This document shows, piece by piece, positions 19,393-28,748 of a stretch of DNA of 64,000 nucleotides. The position numbers were made by a program, and so were the translations under genes. Each line of letters begins with the position of its first letter. Position 1 is the first letter of the stretch. This DNA is from Promethearchaeati archaeon. GTDB taxonomy: Archaea > Asgardarchaeota > Heimdallarchaeia > Heimdallarchaeales > Heimdallarchaeaceae. Location: positions 32,001 to 96,000 of the forward strand of contig JABLTJ010000004.1 in assembly GCA_013166775.1 (NCBI GenBank), given 5' to 3'. The notes under the pieces are model-generated. The model was not told the origin of the DNA, ran no database searches, and worked only from the letters and a program-made list of their open reading frames with translations.

Positions 19393-20226
19393 CTACTTTT
19401 GTCTAAACCAATATTTTGAATCCAGTTTTGTTCTTTCTTCATCCATCTCTGCAAGTACTTTTACTGCATAATTTGCAGCTTTTATAGCTTCTTCCTCTCC
19501 AAAGGCTCCAAATTCATTCGTAACCCTATTAGCATAAACAGCACATATAGCACCAGCTCTCCCACCAAAGATTTGAGATAAAGTAAAGATGTGCGAAGCT
19601 TCCATTTCGATATTCATCACACCCATTTTCTGCAAATCTGGAATAATGGTATCTGTCTTTGAAATTTTATAATCGTTAAAACCTGGTCTTCCTTGACCAA
19701 GGTAAAAGCTTGAAGATGATGCAGCTACACCAACATGGTAAGTGTATCCTAGGTTTTCGCAGGCTTCTATGAGTGCTAAAACAACTTCATAATGAGCTAT
19801 TGCAGGATAGCTTTCAGGAACATAGTGTATACTTGATCCTTCCATTTTCACTGCACCAGTATTGATTATTAAATCACCGAGCTCAACACCAGGTTGTATC
19901 ACTCCAGTAGAACCTACTCTGATAAAAGTATCACATCCTATATTCATCAATTCAGTTAAGGCAATTTCACAAGCGGGTGTGCCTATTCCTGTAGAAGTTA
20001 CACTAATTGGAACACCATGAACTTTTCCTGTAAAAGAATAATACTGCCGATGTGCTGCTATTTCTTTAAATTCATCCCATGTTCCTGCTATTCTTTTTGC
20101 TCTTTCTGGATCTCCTGGGAGTAAAACAGGTCCTTGAAGATCATTTGGTTTACATTCAATATGATATTGTTTTCCCTCTTCAAAAGTTGGCTTATCAGCT
20201 GATGCTTTCTTTTCTTCTTTGTGCAT
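19393..20226 (-). CDS. udp: Uridine phosphorylase (PNP/UDP family)
   Basis: QYHI, LLPGDPERA, STGIG, FIRVGSTG, FYLGQGR, NIEMEAS. Confidence 0.92.
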   Translation of the reverse strand: MHKEEKKASADKPTFEEGKQYHIECKPNDLQGPVLLPGDPERAKRIAGTWDEFKEIAAHRQYYSFTGKVHGVPISVTSTGIGTPACEIALTELMNIGCDTFIRVGSTGVIQPGVELGDLIINTGAVKMEGSSIHYVPESYPAIAHYEVVLALIEACENLGYTYHVGVAASSSSFYLGQGRPGFNDYKISKTDTIIPDLQKMGVMNIEMEASHIFTLSQIFGGRAGAICAVYANRVTNEFGAFGEEEAIKAANYAVKVLAEMDEERTKLDSKYWFRQK

Positions 20227-20290
20227 GATAATATATTTAGAATTAACTAATAAAAAGATTTCACAGAAGATTTTACTTTCTATTTTCAGA

Positions 20291-21553
20291 TTAGGTATTT
20301 GGATGATTTAGAATTTCCTTTGCGCGATCAAATGAAATATTCTCTTCTTCAATCATTCGCTGCGTAATTTCCTCTATTTTATCACCTTTAGCTCCTGCAT
20401 TTATAGCTATATTCCTAGCATGTAACATCATATGACCTTTTTGGATACCTTCAGATACCAAAGCACGTAGTGCAGCTACATTTTGTGCTAATCCTACTGC
20501 AGCAACCACACATGCAAATTCTTCAACATTTGAAACACCAAGAATTTTTAATGCAGTTTTATAGGTTGGATTTACATTAATTGCTCCTCCAAGTACACCA
20601 ATCGATAGAGGAATTTCAAGACAACCGAGTAAATCGCCATTATCATTCTTTGTGAATTTAGTGAGTGATTTATAGCCACCTTCTTTCGTAGCATAAACAT
20701 GGGCTCCTGCTTCCACTGCTCTTGTATCATTACCAGTTGCTAGCAATACCGCTATGATTCCATTCATTATACCTTTATTGTGAGTTGCACATCTGTATGG
20801 GTCGTGATCAGCTAAATCATAGGCTAGAAGAATCATATCTACAATGTTTTCTCCTCCTAATTCATTTTTATCAAATTCAGCTTCAACTTTCACATATCTC
20901 TTATCTACTAGGTTTGAAATGATACGAAGAAGTACTTTACCTCCAGTCAATCTCTCAACATCTGGTTTCAACACTTCTAACATTGTGTTTACTGCATTTG
21001 CACCCATAGCATCTTTTACATCAACTATAAGATGCAATACCAGATAATTTTCCAATTTTCCTTTTATTCTTCTTATCTCTATGTCTTTTGCTCCTCCACC
21101 TAAATCTGTTAGAATTTTATTTGTTGAATCCGCTTTTTCTAGTAGTTCTGTAAGATTAGTTTGAATATTTTTTTCTGCTGAATCAAAATCTTGAATGTGT
21201 AAAACTTGAATTTGACCAGTTACAAAGGATCCTGAATACTCAGCTCTAAAACCTCCACTTTTCCTAGCTATTTTTGCTGCATGACTAGCTGCAGCAACTA
21301 CAGAGGTCTCTTCAATGACCATTGGCACTAAATACTCTTTTTCATTAACAATGAAATTAGTTGCAATTCCCAAAGGAAGAGGGAGAATTCCCACAACATT
21401 TTCAATCATGAAACTTAGAGCTTCATCATCAATTGAATTACCTTCAAGAATGGTTATTTCCTCTTCAGTTAGTTCAAGCATTTTTGCGATAGTGTTTCTT
21501 CTCTCTTCAACCGTTAGATTGTAAAAATTAGGAATCCGTGAACTAAAGGACAT
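20291..21553 (-). CDS. HMG-CoA reductase, class II
   Basis: MIENVVG, EETSVVAA, DAMGANAVN, ATHNKGIMNG, GNDTRAVEAG, GIQKGHM. Confidence 0.95.
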   Translation of the reverse strand: MSFSSRIPNFYNLTVEERRNTIAKMLELTEEEITILEGNSIDDEALSFMIENVVGILPLPLGIATNFIVNEKEYLVPMVIEETSVVAAASHAAKIARKSGGFRAEYSGSFVTGQIQVLHIQDFDSAEKNIQTNLTELLEKADSTNKILTDLGGGAKDIEIRRIKGKLENYLVLHLIVDVKDAMGANAVNTMLEVLKPDVERLTGGKVLLRIISNLVDKRYVKVEAEFDKNELGGENIVDMILLAYDLADHDPYRCATHNKGIMNGIIAVLLATGNDTRAVEAGAHVYATKEGGYKSLTKFTKNDNGDLLGCLEIPLSIGVLGGAINVNPTYKTALKILGVSNVEEFACVVAAVGLAQNVAALRALVSEGIQKGHMMLHARNIAINAGAKGDKIEEITQRMIEEENISFDRAKEILNHPNT

Positions 21554-21595
21554 GTGTTTACTGCAAAAACAGCAATTAAAAAGGTTTTTTTAGAA

Positions 21596-21814
21596 TTATA
21601 GTTCCTCTAGAATTTGAATCTTCTGATCCTTAAATTGTCTCATGATATTTGTAACATATCCTGCAATTTGATTTCTCATCTTCTTTGACATAGTTGAACA
21701 TACTTCTTCCACAACATGTTTATTGTTTTGGAAATCATTATTGAGTTGATCGTGAAAATCTCTTACTATTTGTTTGGAAATTCTTTTTATCTGACTTGTT
21801 CGTATGTTACCCAT
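21596..21814 (-). CDS. rps17e: 30S ribosomal protein S17e
   Basis: MGNIRT..IKR, DFQNNK, SKKMRNQIAGYVT. Confidence 0.95.
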   Translation of the reverse strand: MGNIRTSQIKRISKQIVRDFHDQLNNDFQNNKHVVEEVCSTMSKKMRNQIAGYVTNIMRQFKDQKIQILEEL

Positions 21815-21887
21815 TTAATCACTATCTGGTGCTTTTTACAATTAATTTTAAATCTTACTATCAAAGAGGTATTTAGAAAAAAGAGTA

Positions 21888-22607
21888 TTAGAAGTAAAAT
21901 TGCTCAGATGCATATACCTCAATACCATTTGGAGTTATGGAAAGAGGACGTTCTATCATCTCATGCTTTAAACCCCGCATTTTACGGATATTTAAACTTC
22001 TAATTGCTATAGAATTTCGATATTCATAATTTAGGATAATTACTCCTTGGCTCATGAATTCTTCAACGCCAAAACGACTAACTTCTCCTCCTCTCATCTC
22101 ACTAGTTAAAATTGTCGTACACTCTAATGAAGACATTACAGCGCTTAACTTCAGTATTTGTCTTCGGATTTGTTGTTCAGATTCCATCGATAATGCAAGA
22201 GCTGTTATACTATCTATAACAACCCTTTCTGCAGAAGTTTTATCTATAATCTCTACTAATTGTGTGATTAGCTCATCAACATCAACTGGAGTTTGATATT
22301 TTTCTTCAGAACCTACTCCTGCTCTAGGACTGAAGCCATCAATAAGAACCAATAAATTATCCTTTTCTAAATCATTTAGATTCCATCCAAAATTAAGACA
22401 TTCTTCACGTACATGTTCAGGATTTTCATCAAAAGATACAAAAATACCACTTTCTCCTCCAGAAACTATACCATGATATAGAAATTGTACGCCAAAAGTA
22501 GATTTACCTGCTCCCGCAGGGCCTGAAACAAGTATTGTTCTTCCTCGAGGAAATCCTCCACCTATTATACGATCTAATCCGATTATTCCGGTTTCAACAA
22601 GTTCCAT
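21888..22607 (-). CDS. Single-domain KaiC/RAD55-family ATPase
   Basis: TGIIGLDRIIGGGFP, SGPAGAGKS, RVVIDSIT, EEFMSQGVI, IRKMRG. Confidence 0.92.
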   Translation of the reverse strand: MELVETGIIGLDRIIGGGFPRGRTILVSGPAGAGKSTFGVQFLYHGIVSGGESGIFVSFDENPEHVREECLNFGWNLNDLEKDNLLVLIDGFSPRAGVGSEEKYQTPVDVDELITQLVEIIDKTSAERVVIDSITALALSMESEQQIRRQILKLSAVMSSLECTTILTSEMRGGEVSRFGVEEFMSQGVIILNYEYRNSIAIRSLNIRKMRGLKHEMIERPLSITPNGIEVYASEQFYF

Positions 22608-22661
22608 AAGTGCAATTGTTTTACGATATAAAAAAAATTTCGGAAGTATTAGCTTATTATG

Positions 22662-24467
22662 TCATTTTTCTTCGATTTTCTTTATATCCCATCCACCTGT
22701 TGATCGAAATGCTATTGTTGGTTGAGATAAATTATCTATGTGCATTAGAAGCTCTACATCATATTTCTTTCTAAAATGCGAAGAAGCTTTAACAAACTTG
22801 TAATTTCCATCAACAATGTGAATGACTGTACCTAACGAAGCTTTGCTTGAAAGCTCTGAAGTTTCATCTATTATGCCGACTCTTGACATCATTTCCCAAT
22901 TCATTGTTCGAATTAAAGGATGACTTCTACCCTTACTTTGAACAATATTAGTTCCTAAACAATAAAATGAAGATTTATGCGCTGTTGAAAGAGAAGAGTA
23001 GGGAGTGAAATTTGCTTTAATAAAATTTTGTAATTCTTTTGGACTAGATTTTAGCCTAAGTTGTACTTGATAGCTGGATTTAATATCAGGGAACTTCTTA
23101 ATAAGCAAATTATACAATGTCATCACATCTGATTTAGCAGAAGATAAACCAGCAAAATATAACCAGCTCAAATATTCTAGACATGCAATGCATAATCCTT
23201 TGTTATTTCCATTCAAAGAAAGGTGAAAGGTTTGTGCAAACATTAAACTAGCCTTTTTTAATTCTCCCAATTGCATGAATTTGAATCCAAGTTGATTAAT
23301 GAACTCAATATTATCATAATCATAATCTGTTGTTTTTGCTATGATTTTTTCTCCCCCCAAAACAACTGTTAGAAGAATCAGTGCAGGAATAACATTAAAC
23401 ACATCACTTCTTTGATGTTTATTGCATTTGTCTTCAAAAGCTGGTGTGAAGTATGAATTCAATCTGTGTAATTGACCAGAAAGAAGCAACAAAATCATTC
23501 TCAGAAAGTGTGTATCGATACTAAGTTCATTAATTTCCTTTGTTCCTTGAAACAGAATCATCATTAACTTGTCCATATAGACTCTTGCTAATTCAAGCTT
23601 CTTATTTTCAATTAAGCATATACACCCTAAGTATTGGAGTCTTCCAAGTAGAAGCAGAGCTTCATTGTAAGTTGGATGGTCTTCTATTGCGTTTATAGCT
23701 AGCTTCCAATCAATAATGTGATCCGTAATTTCTCTGACTCTAGTCAGAAGCTCGCCTTCTAATTCAGCGTAGTTTCCTTGTACAAAGTCTTCTTCTAATT
23801 GTGTAAGATCACTTTGAACCTCAACTAGTAGTTCTCTAAGCTGCAATGATTCAATTGAAAATCCATCAATTTCTTTCATATCTGTTGGAGTTGCTTGCGT
23901 TAACTTCTCTTCATATTCCGTTCGTATAACAGAGATAGCAGAATCTAGTATTTTTCTAATACGTTTTACTGGATCATAACGGTTTGTACTCTCAACTGAA
24001 TATCTAATTTCAGCAGTAAAGAGTCGTGACTCTAGCTCTTTAAGAAAGTATTCAGAACTTTTCTCTTGATTTTCTTCAATAATATAGCTGACAAAAGCAC
24101 TATCTGTTAGAGTAGATAATCCGATTAATTCTGCTGTTTCTAATAGTTTGATATCGCTACTAACTATGGTAGCTTTTATTTTATCAGCAAGAAAAATTAC
24201 GGCTAAATCAGGTTTCTGGGGAAGGCTAGTTGATTTTTCACTTAACATACGAATGAATTTCTGGAAGTCCACATCCTTTATCTCTTTTACTTTAACATGT
24301 GGTATGATTTCCCTTTGAACAAAAAATCTTAATTCATTTTTCACATATGTGGGTATAGCTACCTCTACTTCTATTTCTGAAAGAATTTTAGCAAATTTGC
24401 GATAGGTAGTAGGATTGTGTTGAAAACCTGAGATAAAAAAATTAGTATCGATAACATATTGTGACAT
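22662..24467 (-). CDS. PIN-domain protein with helical/TPR-like repeats and possible C-terminal OB fold
   Basis: YVIDTNFFI, VKNEL, PDLAVI, VSSDIKL (PIN acidic residues); TPR-like helices in the middle; GIIDETS...LGTVIHIVDG at the C-terminus. Confidence 0.7.
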   Translation of the reverse strand: MSQYVIDTNFFISGFQHNPTTYRKFAKILSEIEVEVAIPTYVKNELRFFVQREIIPHVKVKEIKDVDFQKFIRMLSEKSTSLPQKPDLAVIFLADKIKATIVSSDIKLLETAELIGLSTLTDSAFVSYIIEENQEKSSEYFLKELESRLFTAEIRYSVESTNRYDPVKRIRKILDSAISVIRTEYEEKLTQATPTDMKEIDGFSIESLQLRELLVEVQSDLTQLEEDFVQGNYAELEGELLTRVREITDHIIDWKLAINAIEDHPTYNEALLLLGRLQYLGCICLIENKKLELARVYMDKLMMILFQGTKEINELSIDTHFLRMILLLLSGQLHRLNSYFTPAFEDKCNKHQRSDVFNVIPALILLTVVLGGEKIIAKTTDYDYDNIEFINQLGFKFMQLGELKKASLMFAQTFHLSLNGNNKGLCIACLEYLSWLYFAGLSSAKSDVMTLYNLLIKKFPDIKSSYQVQLRLKSSPKELQNFIKANFTPYSSLSTAHKSSFYCLGTNIVQSKGRSHPLIRTMNWEMMSRVGIIDETSELSSKASLGTVIHIVDGNYKFVKASSHFRKKYDVELLMHIDNLSQPTIAFRSTGGWDIKKIEEK

Positions 24468-24521
24468 TAAACTATGTAAAAACACGCGCATATTTTAATT
24501 TTTATCTAAAAATGAAAATAA

Positions 24522-25445
24522 TTAGACTAAAAGAGAATCATACATGTCTTTTAATCCATCTTTTAACTTAATTTGTGGAGAATAATTCAGCAACTCCTTT
24601 GCAAGTTTGAGTGAAGTAAAACTTTCTCTAATATCTGCTTCCCTAGGCTCTTCATGAACGAGTTCCAGTTTTTTCCCACTTATTTGAACTAAGATTCGAG
24701 CTAACTCTAGAATGGTTGTAGGTTCTCCTGAACCAATGTTAATAGTTCTATTAGTTATATGCTTATTTTTCAGAGCAAGATCTATAGCAGTAGTGACGTC
24801 TTTAATATGTACAAAATCCCTTGTCTGATAACCATCTCCTTCAATCATCGGAGATTGATTGTTTTTTATTGCTTTTAAGAATTTAAAAATGACACCAGCA
24901 TATGGATCATCTTCTTTCTGAAGAGGGCTGTAAATATTAAATGGAACGATGTTGATTGAGTTTAAACCATAAAGATTAGAATATAGACTAACATATTGTT
25001 CTGCAACCAATTTGCTCATTCCATATGGTGATAAAGGTTTACGAGGATGTTCTTCTGTTATTGGTACGAACTGAGGATTTCCGTATGTAGCTGCAGAGCT
25101 TATAAAAACAAATCTATCAACATCTTTCTTTCTAGCGAACTCAAGCAAGTTTAAAGTACCGAAAATGTTCGTTTCTGCATCTAAAATAGGATTAATAGTA
25201 GACTTTGCAATGCTTATTTGAGCTGCACAATGAATAATAATTTCTACTTTAGGCAACAGAGAATAAATCTCTTGATTTCTTATATCACCTTTAATGAAAA
25301 TGACATCTATTGGAGGATTTACTTTTGAATTTATCATATTGTCAAGTATGCAGATTTGGTATTTCTCCTTTAATTGAAGATAAGAATAATACCCAACTTG
25401 TCCCAATCCTCCAGTTAGAAGTACAGTTTCTTTTTGTTCACTCAT
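24522..25445 (-). CDS. NAD-dependent epimerase/dehydratase (GalE-like extended SDR)
   Basis: TGGLGQVG, HCAA, ISSAATYG, PYGMSK, GDGYQTRDFVH. Confidence 0.92.
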   Translation of the reverse strand: MSEQKETVLLTGGLGQVGYYSYLQLKEKYQICILDNMINSKVNPPIDVIFIKGDIRNQEIYSLLPKVEIIIHCAAQISIAKSTINPILDAETNIFGTLNLLEFARKKDVDRFVFISSAATYGNPQFVPITEEHPRKPLSPYGMSKLVAEQYVSLYSNLYGLNSINIVPFNIYSPLQKEDDPYAGVIFKFLKAIKNNQSPMIEGDGYQTRDFVHIKDVTTAIDLALKNKHITNRTINIGSGEPTTILELARILVQISGKKLELVHEEPREADIRESFTSLKLAKELLNYSPQIKLKDGLKDMYDSLLV

Positions 25446-25545
25446 ATATATCAATGAGGGTAAAACTTTTTAAAAGCATAACGCTCTTTTGCTCATTAGT
25501 TTAAATATTTCTTTTGAATTTCCAAAGAAATACATAGGTGAGTTA

Positions 25546-26628
25546 ATGTCGAATAAAATACGCGTTGCAATAGCAGGATTGGGAAATTGTGCCTCTGCTT
25601 TAATTCAAGGACTTGAGTACTACAAAGATGCAAATGAGAACGATTACGTTCCTGGTATTATGCATGTCAAATTTGGAGAATACCATATCAGAGATGTTGA
25701 AGTAGTAGCAGTTTTTGAGGTTAGTACATTAAAAATAGGGAAAGATATTTCTGAAGCAATATGGGAACCTCCAAATTGTTGTGCTAAATTTTCTGATGTT
25801 CCAATGAAGGGAATAAAAGTATTACCAGGTCCTATCGAAGATGGTGTTGCTCCACACATGATGGAATCATTTCATTGTTATAATACTGCAGAGATTCAAC
25901 CTGTTGATATTGCTAAAGTATTAATTGATACCGAAGCAGATGTTTTGGTTAACTTCCTACCAGTTGGAAGCGAAAAAGCCACTAAAGTATATGCTCAAGC
26001 AGCTCTAGATGCAAATGTAGCTCTTGCTAACGGAATTCCAGCTTTCATAGCCTCTAATCCAGAATGGGCACAGAAATTTACTGATAAGAAAATTCCAGTA
26101 GCTGGAGATGATATCAAATCTCAACTTGGCGCTACCATTCTTCACAGAATGTTAGTAACGTTGGCTCATGAAAGAGGGATTAAAATGGATGAAACCTTTC
26201 AACTGAATATTGGAGGAAATACAGATTTCGAGAATATGAAAAAAGAGTACCGTTTGATAACAAAACGTGTTTCAAAAACTGAAGCTGTTACAAGCATGAT
26301 ACCTTATGAGGTTCCTACAAGAATAGGGCCTTCAGATTATGTTCCATTTCTAAAGGATGAAAAAATCTGTTATCTATGGTTAAAGGGAAAGAATTTTGGA
26401 GAACAACCAATAAAAGTACAACTAAAGCTCTCTGTTCAAGATTCCCCAAATAGTGCAGGAGTTATGATCGATGTGATTAGATCACTAAAAATCGCAAAAG
26501 ATAGAGGGATTGGGGGACCGCTTATAGGTGTTTCAAGTTATTTCTTCAAACATCCACCTAAACAGATTCATGATGCTGAAGCTATTCAATTAGTTGAAAA
26601 ATTCATAAAGGGAGAGATATCTAACTAA
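25546..26628 (+). CDS. ino1: Myo-inositol-1-phosphate synthase (canonical)
   Basis: GLGNCAS, GDDIKSQLG, QLNIGGNTDF, KRVSKT, DSPNSAG, YFFKHPP. GGTGA RBS before ATG 25546. Confidence 0.93.
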   Translation: MSNKIRVAIAGLGNCASALIQGLEYYKDANENDYVPGIMHVKFGEYHIRDVEVVAVFEVSTLKIGKDISEAIWEPPNCCAKFSDVPMKGIKVLPGPIEDGVAPHMMESFHCYNTAEIQPVDIAKVLIDTEADVLVNFLPVGSEKATKVYAQAALDANVALANGIPAFIASNPEWAQKFTDKKIPVAGDDIKSQLGATILHRMLVTLAHERGIKMDETFQLNIGGNTDFENMKKEYRLITKRVSKTEAVTSMIPYEVPTRIGPSDYVPFLKDEKICYLWLKGKNFGEQPIKVQLKLSVQDSPNSAGVMIDVIRSLKIAKDRGIGGPLIGVSSYFFKHPPKQIHDAEAIQLVEKFIKGEISN

Positions 26629-26638
26629 GGTGAAAAAT

Positions 26639-27709
26639 ATGGAAAGCGATGAAATTAGAATAGCAATTGCGGGAATTGGAAACATAGCATCAGGTTTACT
26701 ACAGGGGATAACTTATCTTAATCAATTTAAAGAAGAGAAGAACAAGCTTCTGCACCCAAAAATAGGAAGTTATGAAGCTCGCAAAATAAGAATTGTTGCA
26801 GCTTTTGATATTGATTCTACCAAAGTACAAACAGATATCTCCGATGCAATATTTGCACCGATCAATTGTACTCCAAAACTTGTTAATGTTGAAAAACTTG
26901 GAGTACAGGTTGAAAAAGGTCCAGTGAAAGATGGTCTCTCTGAAATTCTACAGAAAGTCATCAATATAGCTGATGGAGAAGAAGTTGATGTTGTTTCTAT
27001 TCTTAAGGAATCAGATGCTGAGATGTTAATTTGTGCAATACCTACAGGTGCAGAAAAAGCAGTAGAAGCATATGCTCAAGCAGCTCTCGATGCAGAAATA
27101 GCTTTCATAAATTGCACTCCTACTACAATAGCAAGTGATCCTACCTGGTCTAAGAAATACAAACAAGCAAATATTTGTTTAATTGGAGATGATCTACAAT
27201 CACTAGCTGGTGGAACTGTTTTGCATAAAGGTTTCTTGGACGTATTGAAAGAACAAGGCGTCATCATTAAAGATACATATCAATTGGATGTAGCAGGTGG
27301 ATTGGAAACCTTAAACACACTTGATGATGATAGAAAAGAATACAAGAGAAACGTGAAGGAGAGAAGTATCCAGCAATCAGTTGATAATCACATAAACCTA
27401 GCAAGTGGCACATCTGATTATCTAGAATTTCTAGGTAATAGAAGAATTGGTCATTTTTGGATATACGGAGAGGGATTCATGAATATGCCAGTGAAAATTG
27501 ATATTCGTTTAGAGACTCTAGATGGACCGAATGGCGCAGCTACTCTTATTGATGTTATAAGAGCAACAAAGCTTGCACAAAGAAGAGCAGGAAGCGGTCC
27601 TATTAGTTCTATATGTGCATTTGGTTTCAAAGCCCCTCCAGTAACAACCAATAGACACAATGCAGGCAAATGGTTTGATGAATATATTGTAGGGAAGAGA
27701 ATAGATTAA
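26639..27709 (+). CDS. Divergent myo-inositol-1-phosphate synthase paralog
   Basis: Collinear with the upstream ino1 (GIGNIAS, AAFDID, PTGAEKA) but with altered active-site motifs: GDDLQS, QLDVAGGLET, DGPNGAA. Confidence 0.8.
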   Translation: MESDEIRIAIAGIGNIASGLLQGITYLNQFKEEKNKLLHPKIGSYEARKIRIVAAFDIDSTKVQTDISDAIFAPINCTPKLVNVEKLGVQVEKGPVKDGLSEILQKVINIADGEEVDVVSILKESDAEMLICAIPTGAEKAVEAYAQAALDAEIAFINCTPTTIASDPTWSKKYKQANICLIGDDLQSLAGGTVLHKGFLDVLKEQGVIIKDTYQLDVAGGLETLNTLDDDRKEYKRNVKERSIQQSVDNHINLASGTSDYLEFLGNRRIGHFWIYGEGFMNMPVKIDIRLETLDGPNGAATLIDVIRATKLAQRRAGSGPISSICAFGFKAPPVTTNRHNAGKWFDEYIVGKRID

Positions 27710-27728
27710 CTCCCTATCTTTTCATCCC

Positions 27729-28703
27729 TTATATTATGATGAGATAATCTGTCATTTCAATTAATTTCCTGCGTGCTTCAGAAGAAGGGAAATTATTAAG
27801 AATAGCTTTTGCTTCGTCAGTATAATCTTTTATTAACTGCTTTATTGAATCAATAGCTCCAGAATCAGAAATTAATTTTTTAATTAATGACGGTGAAATA
27901 TCTTTCTTCAGTAGATAATAATCCTCAAGGATTTCCTTTTGTTCTTCATTTCCTAATGCCATAGCCTCTATAACAATATATGTTTGAATTCTGTTTGTAA
28001 TATCGGTCCATACACCTGATTTTCCCAACTCATTTTCTGTGGATGTGAGAGAGAGAATATCATCACGTAATTGAAAAGATCTACCAAACAACTTACCAAA
28101 TAATCTCATATCTTCTTTATCTTTATCTCCATGCTTTACAAGCATAGTACCTATTACAGAAGCAGCTTCAAACAGACTGGATGTTTTTTTATCAATCAAT
28201 TTCAAAGCATCTTCTTTTGTCATTTTTTCCCCTATTGATCTAAATTTCTGCTCAAGAAACAAGGAAGCGGAAAGAGTATGAAGAGCATTAATCAATTCCT
28301 CTACGACCTCTATATCATTTGTTTGGGATGCCAGACTTAATGCGAGACTGCTCATAGAATAAGATAATGAAAGTGCTGCAAAAGTAGAAAATTTAAGATA
28401 AAAAGCTTTTTCACTTCTTCTAAAAACATCTTTATCAAATATATCATCCACTAAAAGGGAAGCATTATGAATAACTTCTAAGGCACATGCTGCTGCATAG
28501 CTCATGTCATTACGTTCTTTACAAGATATCATTTCAAAAGAAAACAAGCACAGAAGAGGTCGTATTCTTTTTCCCCCACGTTGTAAAATATGATCTATTA
28601 GATCGTTTATTTCTTCCTCGTATGGACTATGGTCTCTAAGATTTGCAAGATAGGAGTTAATATGGTCAATATCTAAAGAGAAAATTTCATCGATTTGAGA
28701 CAT
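27729..28703 (-). CDS. Trans-polyprenyl diphosphate synthase (probably medium/long chain)
   Basis: GGKRIRP, FARM ASLLVDDIFDKDVFRR, KKTSSLF, SARM variant FQLRDDILS, LGK. Confidence 0.88.
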   Translation of the reverse strand: MSQIDEIFSLDIDHINSYLANLRDHSPYEEEINDLIDHILQRGGKRIRPLLCLFSFEMISCKERNDMSYAAACALEVIHNASLLVDDIFDKDVFRRSEKAFYLKFSTFAALSLSYSMSSLALSLASQTNDIEVVEELINALHTLSASLFLEQKFRSIGEKMTKEDALKLIDKKTSSLFEAASVIGTMLVKHGDKDKEDMRLFGKLFGRSFQLRDDILSLTSTENELGKSGVWTDITNRIQTYIVIEAMALGNEEQKEILEDYYLLKKDISPSLIKKLISDSGAIDSIKQLIKDYTDEAKAILNNFPSSEARRKLIEMTDYLIII

Positions 28704-28748
28704 GAGAATTAAATAAATGCCGAGTAGATATTAATAAAGTTATTGAAT

